Origin: Octopus sinensis | Taxonomy: Eukaryota | Assembly (NCBI RefSeq): GCF_006345805.1 | Contig: NC_042999.1 | Location: 67,146,001-67,210,000, forward strand | DNA length: 64,000 nt | Reading direction: 5' to 3' | Part shown: positions 12,235-24,751 of the stretch, in pieces | Position numbering within the stretch: position 1 is the first letter of the stretch | Layout of the letters: each line of letters begins with the position of its first letter | The notes under the pieces: generated by a model | What the model saw: the letters and a program-made list of their open reading frames with translations, nothing else | The model's database searches: none | What the model was told of the DNA's origin: nothing | Position numbers and translations under genes: made by a program

Positions 12235-15040
12235 TTACTACTAAATAACAGCATACTTGCTGATGGAATTTTATAAAATCACTCATTTGACATAGTAATT
12301 TAATTTATTAGTAATATTTATCTTTTGAAAATTGTTTGGATTGTATATCTAGAAAAGGACTTGGTAAATTATATATTTATATTTGTTTCCAGTGATATAA
12401 AGCAGATATGATTCTTAAGGAAAATTTTTCACCAGTTTGTTATACTTTTGGTTGAATTTTTGTTTTAGTATGCTAAAATACTAAATTATAAAAAAAAAAC
12501 TATAATTTTCTATCGAAAGATAATAGTAAAAATCAGATGTTGAATATGTAAGGTGTGAACTTTTAGTCAGTAGGGAGGTGATAATTGAAGAACAGGAATG
12601 CTAATTATTCCAGTTGTAACTAATGTAGAAGTTAAGTAGAGTTAAATTAAACTGAAAGATAAATTATCATTAAGCAATGTTTTTGATATTGTAATGCTGA
12701 TCAAGGCAGTGAGCTGGCAGAATCGTTAGCATGCCAGGCATAATGCTTAGTGGTTATTTCGTCTGCCAATCAAACCGTCCAACCAATGCCAGCATGGAAA
12801 GCGGACGTTAAATGATGATGATGATGATAATATATGATGGGCTTCTTTCAGTTTCCATCTACCAGATCCACTCACAAGGCTTTGGTTGGCCTGAGACTAT
12901 AGTTGAAGACAATTGCCTAAAGTGGCACACAGTGGGACTGAACCTGGAACCACGTAGTTGGGAAGCAAGCTACCTACCACCCAGCCACTACTGAAATAAC
13001 CATGAAATTCAATTAAAAGTAATCCTGGTTATGGTAATGGTTTCTCAGTAAAGTACAAGGCCACTTGACTGTTGACAATGGATCAATTGTTGGTTTTGAT
13101 GATGAGCCTTCAGTTGATCAATCAACTGCACTACCTAATCATTAATTAACATGTCAGAGGGCTGAGTATTCCACAGGTGCCTTTTAGCTTTTATTTGTTT
13201 CTGTCATTAGATTGTGTCCATGCCAGGTCACCACTTTGAAGAATTTTAGTCAAATGAATCGATCTCAATTCTTATTCTGTTGGTCACTTTTGTCAAACCT
13301 CTACGTTACTAGGATGTAAACATACCAACACTGGTTGTTAAGTAGTGTTGGGGGACAAAAAGATGCAAAAGCATATCGACATATACATACACACACATAG
13401 TTGTGATACCTGTACCTGTGGCACGTAAAACGCACCATCCGTACGTGGCCGATGCCAGCGCTGCCTTTACTGACTTCCTTGCCGGTGGCAGGTAAAAAGC
13501 ACCAACTGATCGTGGCCGTTGCCAGCCTACTCTGGCACCTGTGCCGGTGGTATGTAAAAAGCATCATCCGTACGCAGCTGATGCCAGTGCCACCTTGACT
13601 GGCCCGCTTGTCGGTGGCACGTAAAAAGCACTCACTACACTCACGGAGTGGTTGGCGTTAGGAAGGGCATCCAGCTGTAGAAATACTGCTAGATCAGACT
13701 GGAGCCTGGTGCAGCCTCCTGGCCTCCCAGACCCCGGTCGAACTGTGCAACCCATGCTAGCATGGAAAGCGGACGTTAAACGATGATGATGATACATGCA
13801 TAACAGGCTTCTTTCAGTTTCTGGTGTAGTTGTATATATGTTAGCCAGTATACATACATTGTTACTTATGCCTGTGCCTCAGTTACAATAAGAGGTTGTC
13901 TGTTGGTGCATTTGTGTAGCTATTGTGCCCATGTATTTCTGTTATCTGTGCATTTGTTGTAATATGAGCTCATCTGTTGGGGTCTGCTGTCTCCATATGT
14001 GTCCTTACATATTCAGTCTTTTGGGTCTTACTTCGTGTGTGTGTGTGTGTGTGTGTATGAATGTTGATATTTTGTTTCTTTATGTGATGTGTGTTGAATT
14101 GTCTGTTCCTGTCTGTGTGTATGATTTGTTTTTGTAGCTACCACTTTCTCTTTTTCCCCTTATTTGTATGTGGTCTCTCTCTGTCTCTCGCCGTCTTCCT
14201 CTTCCCCTAAGTGTCTGTGTGTCTCTGTATGTTCCCATTTTGTTAGATGTTCGTAAAGAGAAAAAATATTTTAAATACTTTATAATTAGATGTATTAATA
14301 ACTGATGCTGACTGAAAGACAGGACAGAAAAAACAGTAACAACAACAACAACAATAATAATGTTTTACATGTGCTACTTCATTATTTGAAGTACTGTGTT
14401 AATTGTCGATGTTAACCTCATTCTAGAAACGTCCAATCCTCTCTCATCATGAATACTTGTTATCTAAGGAGTCAATATAGGACATCTTTTATGTGGTCGC
14501 CTGACCAGCTAGAAATAGCTGCTAAATCTCCCTCAGATCACACCATGTTGCTGGGAATGAAGAAAGAATACTTTGAATATTGTAGTCCTAGATAGCCATA
14601 GCTAAAAAAAAACATGGTCAGGATTGAATTGATTTCAGACATAGTTCTTGATTGATCGGCCTGGGGTTAAACAGTAGCAACCATTAGATATTGTTGAGTC
14701 TCTACATGGTCCCTCACTTACTAGAAATGGTGCTTAAATCTTCCTCAAATTATACCTTACCATGCAAAAAAAAAAAAAAAAGGAAAGGATGCTTCAGATA
14801 ATGTAGTCTCACACATGCTCTTAAAGAGAGGTTGGTCACAGTTGGAATGCTGTTAATCATAGGTCAGCTTGAGGTTAAGTGGCAACAGTGATTTCTTAAT
14901 GTTATTGAGATATTATATATATATAGCTACTACAAAATCTTTGGAAAGCAGCGGATCAATCAGAAAGTAATGCAGTTTTTACCTTCTGATGCACCTTCAT
15001 ATGTGTTTGCATGTATATTTATGTGTGTGTATGTGTAGTC

Positions 15041-15072
<32 letters not shown>

Positions 15073-16091
15073 GTTTGTGTGTCTGTGTTTGTCCCACCAA
15101 CATCACTTGACAACTGGTGTGTTTATGTCCCCGTAACTTAGCGGTTCGGCAAAAGAGGCCGATAGAATAAGTACTAGGCTTACAAAGAATAAGTCCTGGA
15201 GTCGATTTGCTTGACTAAAGGCCGTGCTCCAGCATGGCCACAGTCAAATGACTGAAACAAGTAAAAAAGAAAATACCCTTACGTGTTGAATGTAATGGTT
15301 TCTATTTCTCTTGCTTATTCCATCAAACATATACATATGATGATGATGATGATTTTATTATCATCATCATCATCAGTAAACAACAAGAATAGTGCAATGC
15401 AATTTGTAATAATAGAGATTGACTCTGTTTATCGAATTGAATGAATTGAACAATATTTCGTCAGATTGTTTGTCTTCCTTGGGTTCAAAATGTGAAATAG
15501 AAAATTTCTGAATTTCAGAGTGAATTAAAATTAAGAACTTTATTCCAGATTAAGTAAATCTTTTATTGCTTTGCTTGTTTCATTCGTTAGATTCCAGCCA
15601 AGCTGGGCACCCAATTAAAACTTTTAGCTGTTCATATGAATCTTTCTCTGTATCTATTTTTATTTCTGGTACTTACTTACCTTATTGGTCTATGAATGCT
15701 TCACCTTGAGAGATGATAGTCATCCCATCAACTCACACATACACACCACACCCCATCACACAGTACAATCCCTCCCTTGATGAGCCCTTAGATGACTTTT
15801 AAGACCAGCTGCTGACTGACTGGGTTTAAAACACAAATGACAAATATTATTCAAGTTTCTTCTATATCTTTGCCCTTTGGAATCTGATTCTGTAGGAATG
15901 TTTTTATGAACTAGCATATGTCTTTTAAGTCCAGATATTGTCTTATAAGTTTTTTGACATGTGACTCAAGCCCTAACCGGTGGTTGGTGTCCAAGATCAT
16001 TACCTATCTGGACATTATGATTTTCATGTGACTTCAGAACACGGCCACATATAATACATATCCAATGTTCACTGTTGATTATAGTTCCAGT

Positions 16092-16142
<51 letters not shown>

Positions 16143-16163
16143 ATATATATATATTTGATTATA

Positions 16164-16212
<49 letters not shown>

Positions 16213-16215
<3 letters not shown>

Positions 16216-16912
16216 TAAGCAATAAGGTTTAGCAACGATTGCCTTACCACATACCGAATTTAGAAATAGCAGTCAAAGGGTTATAGCTATTTCTTCTACT
16301 AAAAAGGGAGATCTCAGTAAAAACAGCATTTGGAAGGCAGACACAAACAGGTAAGAGAGAATGAATTGACTGCAATCTATCATACATTTTTTTAGTTATC
16401 CACGGACGTACGTTTCGAAATCAAGTTTTTAGGAAAGCATAAGAATTAAATATTAAATATTAAATAATTCTATCTTACCGAACTTCTTTTCTCTTCAGCG
16501 TAGAATACTATAATCATAAATGATTATATATTGAATTTTGAGATACCAGAAGGCACCAACTCAACTCAGTATCAGAGCGAGCTAGAATCCGCAACTGGTA
16601 TCACCGAATTCAATTTGTGAATGAAACGATTGTGTCAACAGCCCCTTCCCACCGCGTGTAGCCAAAACAAGATGCTGTGGTCATCTACTGAGATAAAATA
16701 TGGTTATCCGTAATAATGAAGGGTGAAATTAATTAATTTGGAAAAATTATCAATTACACCAAGTAGTCTTCGGCATGTAAAAGCCTCATTCGAGGAAAAT
16801 TTAAGTATACTAAGCAATACTTTTTAGTAGAAGAAATAGCTATAACCCTTTGACTGCTATTTCTAAATTCGGTATGTGGTAAGGCAACTCGTTGCTAAAC
16901 CCTTATTGCTTA
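16213..16912. mobile_element. element with ~90-bp terminal inverted repeats in (TA)n, carrying an HHR; probably Penelope-derived
   Basis: about 16216-16306 is the reverse complement of about 16820-16912; both flanks contain TATATATTTGATTATAATTTATATA. Confidence 0.7.
16399..16504 (-). ncRNA. hammerhead ribozyme motif with long AT-rich stem II
   Basis: minus strand TCTACG-CTGAAGA-GAAA...(~75 nt)...TTTC-GAAAC(gtac)GTC-CGTGGA; intact core, GUC triplet. Confidence 0.75.
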
Positions 16913-16936
16913 TATATATATATATATTTGATTATA

Positions 16937-16981
<45 letters not shown>

Positions 16982-18777
16982 ATTATAATTTATATATATA
17001 TATATGTATATATAGGCGCAGGAGTGGCTGTGTGGTAAGTAGCTTGCTTACCAACCACATGGTTCCGGGTTCATTCCCATTGCATGGCACCTTGGGCAAG
17101 TGTCTTCTACTATAGCCTCGGGCCGACCAAAGCCTTGTGAGTGGATTTGGTAGATGGAAACTGAAAGGAGCCCGTCGCATGTATGTATATATATATATAT
17201 AAAACTTTTTCAATTTTTTAATTCTTAGGCCTATTAATTATTAATTGGTGCACATTCTATATGAATGTTTCTTTCCTTGTTATAAATATGGAATGTGAAA
17301 CCTCTTTGGTGAAGATAAATTTTATTCCTGATGAAGAGGCCATTGTCAGTTTGGTGTTTTAATGTGTTAATGGATTGTGGCAATGGCTCCTGAAACAGCT
17401 GTGCAACTTGAATTCCTTCATGCACTTTATGAGGGATATTATTCTGGATTCCTCTTACCTTTAGTAGTTTAACTATCTTACACTTTTTTAATTTTTAGTC
17501 ACCTTGCTATATGTATACTTTCACATTTTCTTCATGTGCTTCCATAAGCATTGTTCTTTATAGGTTTTTCACATGTTTTTACATGTGTATATGTGTATAT
17601 TCTTATACCTTTGGCTTTTATGTGCTGAATGCCCTCGTATTTTAACATGTACCTATGTTCAACGGTGTGAATATATGGGGGTGATATAAAGTTGTTTGCC
17701 CAAATCTGATGTTTATTTTTTAACCACTGAGTTTCATCATCATCGTTCAACGTCCACTTTCCTATGCTGGCATGGGTTAGACAGTTTGACTGAGGGCTGG
17801 CAAGCCAGAAGGCTGTACCAGGATCCAATCTGATCTGGCAAGGTTTCTACAGCTTGATGCCCTTTGTAATGCCAACCACTCCATGAGTGTAGTGGGTGCT
17901 TTTTACGTGCCACCCGCATGAAGGCCACACAGGTGGTACTGGCAACAACCACGCCTGAATGGTGCTTTTTATGTGTTCCTTTCTGTGGAAGAGCGACGGC
18001 TCGAAATGTTAAAGACTTTTTCAATTCCCGAGCATTATACTAACACATCTGTTTGTTGTCTACACCACCTGTCTTCGTCTTTGGTTTTTTCCGTGAATTC
18101 TCCCTATAAGCCTCATTAAAGGATAATAATATCCAATGAATTTACTGGTTTATTACCTATATATTTTGAATATTAATTTTAATACTCAAAAATAGGTAAT
18201 TAAATAAACCGAGGTTCATATTTATTTAAGAAAGATAAGAAAATCAAGATAAATCAATTGACAATTATCTTTATAATTACAAAAATAGACATAATCCCTG
18301 ACAGCTGTTTCGATTCAGACTTTAAAGATTTTAATTAAAATAATTAAATCATTATCAAACAGAATCTAGTCGGAGGTAGAAAAAAAGATATACCATTACA
18401 TTTTTATGTTTTTAAGTATATGGAACATTTCAGCTGCCAGGGATTATGTCTATTTTTGTAATTAATAAATATAATTATTAATTGATTTATCTCTATTTTC
18501 TTATATATGTATATATATATATATTTAAAAATGCATTTTACCCTATCTTCAGTATTTGAGTACTTTTTTTCCCACCTTGTTTTGTCTTTATGTGCTTACT
18601 CCTGTATGTATGTGTGTGCATGTATATATAATAATAATAATAATAGGGAATATAATTCCAAACTTACAGGGAAAAATTCAATTTAGCAATTCTAAGGTTT
18701 TTATTGTATATTTATTTTTTCTATATGGTGTGAATAACGTCTTTAACTATTGAATTGCTTAATATAGGTTTTTCTCT

Positions 18778-18818
<41 letters not shown>

Positions 18819-19782
18819 AAAAGGATTTGCACAGTTTCTCTCTCAAGGTGTGTGTCCAGCAATACTTGGTCAGCTTCAAGCTATAGCAGACAGTTGCGGC
18901 AAGATGTCTTGTAGCTGCAAAGCGACCCCAAACCATCAGATTGCAGACTGGACTTCTTAACCATGCAGCCATGCCAATGCCTGACATAGGGATAAGAATG
19001 TAGCATGTTTGATTTCCAAATATGAATTTATTGAAATAAGGTTATTTACTGCAGCTCATCTCATACACTTAAACACTTAATAACATTTAATTATAAGTAA
19101 CGAGGCATTTTACTGAAGATCCAGCAGAGCATGCTGTGGTTACTCTTTAATTTCATTATATGAGTTTCGCTGACGAGTGCATAGAATGAAGTAAATGATA
19201 TACACACAAACACTCACACTTTCTCTCTCTCTCTCTCTCTCTCACACACAGACACACACACACACACACATAAATATATTGTTGTTTGCCTGTCCATTTA
19301 ATGTTGGCTTTGAAAAATGAACATTAAAACACCAATGAGGAAGAGGAGGAGGAGGTCGACAATGATGCCATCGATGTCATCAATGGTGGTAGTGTTGGTG
19401 GTGGGGGTGATGACAGGTAGAGTGCAGAATTCATAATTGTTGCTGCAGGAATATTTGTTGTTCAATTGGATTTCTGCTTAGGAAAGCATTCGTGTGCTTT
19501 TAACCTGTGACTTAAATGCATATGATATTATTATAACATATGCAACAAATTTCAAATAAATCTGTCTAGTGAAGGAGTCTTTATGCAGTTGTTCAGCCTG
19601 CTAGAAATTACAGCCAAATCTCCCTCAAATCACAGTCTTCTGTCTTAAAAAAAAAAACCGGATGGTTACATTGAGAGTAATCTCTCTCTTTTTTAAGAAA
19701 ATGCAGTGGGCAGGACTAAAACAGTAGGTACAGGTGTGCCCAATTACAGGTTATTGGTCGGGTTAAAAAACCAGCAACAGTA

Positions 19783-20152
19783 GTGGAGGCGCAATGGCCC
19801 AGTGGTTAGGGCAGCAGACTCGCGGTCGGAGGATCGCGGTTTTGATTCCCAGACCGGGCGTTGTGTGTATTTATTGAGCGAAAACACCTAAAGCTCCACG
19901 AGGTTCCGGCAGGGGGTGGTGGCGACCCCTGTTGTACTCTTTCGCTCCAACTTTCTCTCACTCTTTCTTCCTGTTTCTTGTCCCCGACTTCCTACGCAAC
20001 CGCTGAGCCTGGATGCGCATTCATCCATCCGTCGATGCTGTCGGTGTCGGGGGTTGACCTGCTTTCTCTTCTGCAGGTCTTACAAATAGCAAAGGATCAC
20101 GTTTCAGACTTCTCCCATCTTGCAAGCTCTGGGACGAAGACCGTTCGCTCAA
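19783..20152 (+). mobile_element. tRNA-derived SINE family E; second copy at ~50220-50533 (-)
   Basis: A box TGGCCCAGTGG, B-box-like GGTTTTGATTCC; flanking repeat CAGCAACAGTA at 19772-19782 and 20153-20163. Confidence 0.8.
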
Positions 20153-22335
20153 CAGCAACAGTAACCAAAGCTGAAAAGGATCATAAGATATAATGTTGAG
20201 TAATTTTCTGTATGGCATTAACACCTGGATCATCTGTTATTTGTAAGAGTAGAGGCCTCAGGGTTTACACCTGACTACCTGGCATAAATATTTGGTGTTA
20301 ACATAGAAAGATACCCCTCACCTCATCTCTCAGGAATAATGGTGGTGGACTCATTGAGTAGATAGATTATTGGAATAAGTACCTGCATATCATGTTTGTA
20401 TTGTATATTATATATATCTTAATGTAGGATAAAATTTTTTTTGAAAAAAATTCTTTTATAAAAAAAACCTTATCAATGGCCAGCATATTAAAAAATACCT
20501 TTAAAGGTTAAATTTAATGTTTATAAATTGTTTATGAATTGTATATTATATATATATATATATATATATGCGGGCATGGCTGTGTAGTTAGGGAGCTTGC
20601 TTCCTAGCTACATGGTTTCGGGTTCAGTCCCACTGCATGGCACTTTGGGTAGGTGTATTCCGCTATAGCCCCGAGCCAACCGAAGCTTTGTGATTGAATT
20701 CAGCAGGCGGAAGTTACTGCCGTGTGTGTATATGTGCGTGTAGGTGCTTGTGGCTCTCCGAAAGAGAGAGAGAGAGAGGGATATATTTATATATATATAT
20801 TTATGTGTGTGTTTTGATAAGCTGATAGTTTCAAAAGAAAAATCTCTTTTGTGATATTTGTTCTACTTGTGCTGCACAGACAATCCCTTGCTCTAACCAT
20901 CTCAAATGCAGTGAACCAATGATTGGTTAGTTGGAAACCTGTAACCAACAACAGCAACAATGATACTTGCCACAATATCTTATTTGCAGGTTGGACAAAA
21001 TGCTTAGGGGCATTTCTTCATGTCCTGAGTTCAAATTTTGCCATGGTTGATTTTACTTTTCATCCTTATGGGATTGATAAAAGTACCAGTTGAGCAAGGA
21101 GATCAGTGTAATTGTCTAGCCCCCACCCTTAAAAATTTCAGGCCTTGTGCCTATAGTAGAAAGTAAAAAATATCTCGTACAAAAAGCAGACATTTGTGAC
21201 ATGTAATTGTAATGGTCTGAAATTTCAGATTCAAAGAATATTCCAAAGTGCTATGTGCTTTAATTTGACATGTCTGCTGACAGCTGGAATGTAATCTTTC
21301 AGCTGACAGGAACATTTGGAGGAGATTCATAGGAGAAGCAAATTGTATCCCTTTTGTAAACTGCAAGGCCTCACAGACAGGCAGGTGAAATTAAATAGTG
21401 ATATGTTTGTTTTGTTGGCTCTCCAAGCAAATACTAGCATTTGAATTTGATAGCATTAATAATACTGTAATTTTTCTGTACTATTAACCTCTTGTTTAAT
21501 CATAAAAAGTGTTGTAATATTTACATTTATACTATATTTAGTTTGGTTGCTCTCTGACTAATTGTGTATATGGTCTCAGACTAAATTCAATCTAGTAACC
21601 CCTGTACTTAAACTCGTGTGTGACACTCTTGTCCACTTGGCCTCTGATGCATTTTCAATCCAGTCTAGTACTTCACACACATTCAAGAATTACAAAGCTG
21701 CCTGATGATGATCTGAGATCAAATTGAAAGAAACTTGATATGGCTATAAATAGTCTGAATATTATAGACATAAGGCACATGATAATATGATCAAAGGTCA
21801 CACTGATAAAAAATGTGTTGAAAGTTAATAATCCAGATATTTAAGACATGTGGCACTTGACGATAATCAGAAATCAAACTGATCAAAATATGGTGTAATG
21901 ATTAAGTCTGAATATTTTTCCTGCTATACACAAAAGCCAAATCCCCTTCAAACCACACCCTAATGTGTTAAAAAGGGAAGGACACATTGCATGATATAAT
22001 CTGAGATACACTGTATCTGAAAAGCAAAAAAGATCATGGTTTGGTCACAGTTGTAATACCTGTCAAGGCCAACCCAGGGCTAAAAAGCAACAACAACAAT
22101 AGCAACAATGACACTAAGTTATCAACTGTAAATATCAAGTTAGTAAGCTTACTCGTTAGCAATTTCAAGAATGCTTGCAAATAAATTACTTATCTCATTT
22201 GTGTGTGTACGAAGAAATTAGTTACATTTCAGGCAATAATTTATTTATCAGACTTGTGTATGTTTAAAGAAATGAGTTGGCATTATTTTTCAACCTTATC
22301 TGTAATTATTGTGTTTCTATATCTGCTGTTTTCAG

Positions 22336-22447
22336 ACTCACTGTTGGTATAGAATATGAAACCAGTCCTGATTCATCAGCCTTGTTTTGGTTATCACCAC
22401 TTCAAACTGCTGGAAAGCAGCATCCATATTTATACAGCCAATGTGAG
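22336..22447 (+). CDS. LTA4H: LTA4H-like M1 aminopeptidase, first visible coding exon (1 of 14 seen)
   Basis: ttcag acceptor, gtaatt donor; translates LTVGIEYETSPDSSALFWLSPLQTAGKQHPYLYSQCE, matching human [33 protein letters not shown]. Confidence 0.95.
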
Positions 22448-22461
22448 GTAATTTCACTTAA

Positions 22462-22970
22462 CCCTTTTGTTACCATATTTCTGCTGAAATACATTGCTTT
22501 TCGTTTTTGGATTTAGTTTGCAAGATTCTTTATATGAGTTCGTGTGTTGAAGCATATTCTTTTGTGTCTGGGGAGAGTCATTTTCTTTTTGTGCCTTATT
22601 ATTTAACACACTCACCGGTAAAATTTCCACTTATTTCTTATTTTTATTTTCCTAAAATTTTCATTGCATCTTGCAACCTTTACATGCAAGACGCAACGAA
22701 AATTTTAAGAAAATAAAAATAATAAATAAGTGGAAACTTTACCGGTGAGTGTGTTAAATAATAAGGCACAGAAAGAAAATGACTCTTCCCAGACACAACA
22801 GCACATTGCCTTTGTTATTTAGGAAACTAACTTTAATCATAATTGAGCTGGTGTTTAGAGCATAAATTAATATGACATTTTGATGGGAAGTTTTAGTTTA
22901 TATGACTTTAAAGCAAGAGGTTTGGATCATAGAACAAGGGCTGGCTTCGAGTGGGTTGGTATCAAAAGGG
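22462..22970. mobile_element. TTAA-flanked (piggyBac-like) MITE just after an LTA4H splice donor
   Basis: TTAA|CCCTTTTGTTACCA ... TGGTATCAAAAGGG|TTAA. Confidence 0.8.
22502..22803. mobile_element. palindromic element (~115-bp arms) with HHR-like fold; second copy at ~56882-57142
   Basis: about 22562-22674 mirrors about 22685-22798; flanked by ACATTGC(T/C)TTT on both sides. Confidence 0.7.
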
Positions 22971-23321
22971 TTAATGTATTCATGCAGTTTTTTGTCCTTA
23001 TTTTTCACAGATTTATGTAAATAAAATTACTTTTCCCTCCTCTCTGTTAGGAGGCACAAGAACTTACACTCACATGGTACACACATGACGAATACTTCCG
23101 CTTAACAAATTCAATCACAATGCTTTGATCAGCCCGAGGCTATAGCAGAAGGTGCCATGCAGTGGGACTGAACTCAAAACCACGTGACTGGGAAGCAAGC
23201 TTCCTAACTACACAGCCTTGCCTGTACCTACAAAAAGGAATATTAATAGATAGTGGTAGCAAGTACTGTAGACTAGAATGTACATTTCTATAAGTACATC
23301 ATCATCATCATTTTCCTTTAA

Positions 23322-23542
23322 CCCTTTCATTACCAACCCGGCTGAAACCAGCTCTGGCTCTGAGTACAAATGTCTTGTTTTCATAAGTTTTGAATTAAAA
23401 TCTTCCATCAAACCTTTGTCACAATTTCTGTTCCTAACACTAGCTTAATGATAACTAAGTTATTTTTTCTAAATTCTTTGTTATATTTAAAATAATTGAA
23501 AGAAACGCAGAGCATCTCAAAATAAATACAGTAACGAAAGGG
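23322..23542. mobile_element. TTAA-flanked (piggyBac-like) MITE inserted in a LINE tail
   Basis: TTAA|CCCTTTCATTAC ... GTAACGAAAGGG|TTAA. Confidence 0.85.
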
Positions 23543-23969
23543 TTAATGTTTGTTTTCCATACTGGCATGAACTGGACAGTTTGACAAGAGGTGAGAAGCT
23601 GCACCAGGTCCCATTCTGATTTCACTTGGTTTCTACAGCTGGATGCCTTTCCTAACGCCAACCACTTTACATTGTGCGCTTGGTGCTTTTAAAATGTCAT
23701 GGGCATGAGCACTTCTGTGTGGTACTGGCACAAGTGCTCATTACATGGCACTGACATGGGACTCTTGCAGGCCAAACCTCTTCACCAGGGGATGCAGCGT
23801 TGGCAGTAAGATCTCTACACGTTGTGTTATGTTGAAGGGATTTATCATAATCTAGACATAAAGTATGGATGTACGGTTAAGAAGTACACTCGGCAACCAT
23901 ATGCTTCAAGATTTGGTCCCTCAGCACTATACCTTGGGCAATTCCCTTCTAATAAATACAGGTAGATAA

Positions 23970-24197
23970 ATACCTATTTCTTTACTACCCACAAGGGGCT
24001 AAACACAGAGAGGACAGACAAATGGATTAAGTCGATTATATCGACCCCAGTGAGTAACTGGTACTTATGTAATCGACCCCGTAAGGATGAAACTCAAAGT
24101 CGACCTCGACAGAAATTGAACTCAGAACGTAGTGGCAGACGAAATACTGCTAAGCATTTCGCCTGGCATGCTAACGTTTCTGCCAGCTCGCCGCCTT
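23970..24197 (-). mobile_element. SINE family B, representative copy
   Basis: GGCGGCGAGCTGGCAGAAACGTTAGC...GAGTTCAA...TTTCATCCTT..GGGGTCGAT; other copies near 8765, 9533, 21000, 25100, 31335, 48315-48730, 54150, 58930-59960, 63420. Confidence 0.8.
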
Positions 24198-24629
24198 AAC
24201 AGGTAGATAAATACCTTGTTAGTGGAATTTGGCAGACATATTTTGTAGAAGCCCATTGAGTGAGACAGACTCTGACACCAGATTATCTAAGGAAGAAATA
24301 GATGGAAAATGAAAGCTCTCTCAGCCAAACATAGGTTCAAAGAAGTTGTGAATGATGTGAATCACATAAAGAAGGAAGAATTAAAGACTTTCGGAGATTC
24401 TGTTATATAATTTTCTGTCAGCTGCAGACCAGATTTGTGGATTACTCTGGGACATAGTAGTGGAATGGTATGGTAGCTAGTCTTAAAAGTTAAAAGTCAT
24501 GCCTGGAAAAAATTGAGAGCAAGAAACGATATCATGTAACTAGAAGAGTAGCTAGGTGTCTAGCCAGAGTGGCTACAGTAAATAATTATCCAACTCATAA
24601 CTGTTTCCTTTGATATCTTTACCATTTAG

Positions 24630-24698
24630 CCAATTCATGCCCGGAGTTTTGTACCCTGTCAGGATTCACCTGGAGTTAAGTTTCCTTACACAGCAAAG
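24630..24698 (+). CDS. LTA4H: LTA4H exon 2 of 14 seen
   Basis: tttag/gtaagt boundaries; PIHARSFVPCQDSPGVKFPYTAK vs human AIHCRAILPCQDTPSVKLTYTAE; phase 0-0. Confidence 0.95.
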
Positions 24699-24719
24699 GT
24701 AAGTAGCAATTAATTTTTC

Positions 24720-24751
<32 letters not shown>

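Noticed and set aside
13400-13640. Regularly spaced ~60-bp repeats resembling a CRISPR array
   Set aside because: The spacers are homologous to one another, the context is eukaryotic with no cas genes, and the units belong to the LINE 3' UTR
21303-21384. AG..GT segment in phase with the first LTA4H exon (DRNIWRRFIGEANCIPFVNCKASQTG)
   Set aside because: No convincing similarity to the LTA4H N-terminus; such phase matches arise by chance
21697-21745. CTGATGA followed by a TGATC/GATCA hairpin (similar cases at ~47373 and ~54877)
   Set aside because: No correctly placed GAAA..UH or stem I, so no ribozyme call
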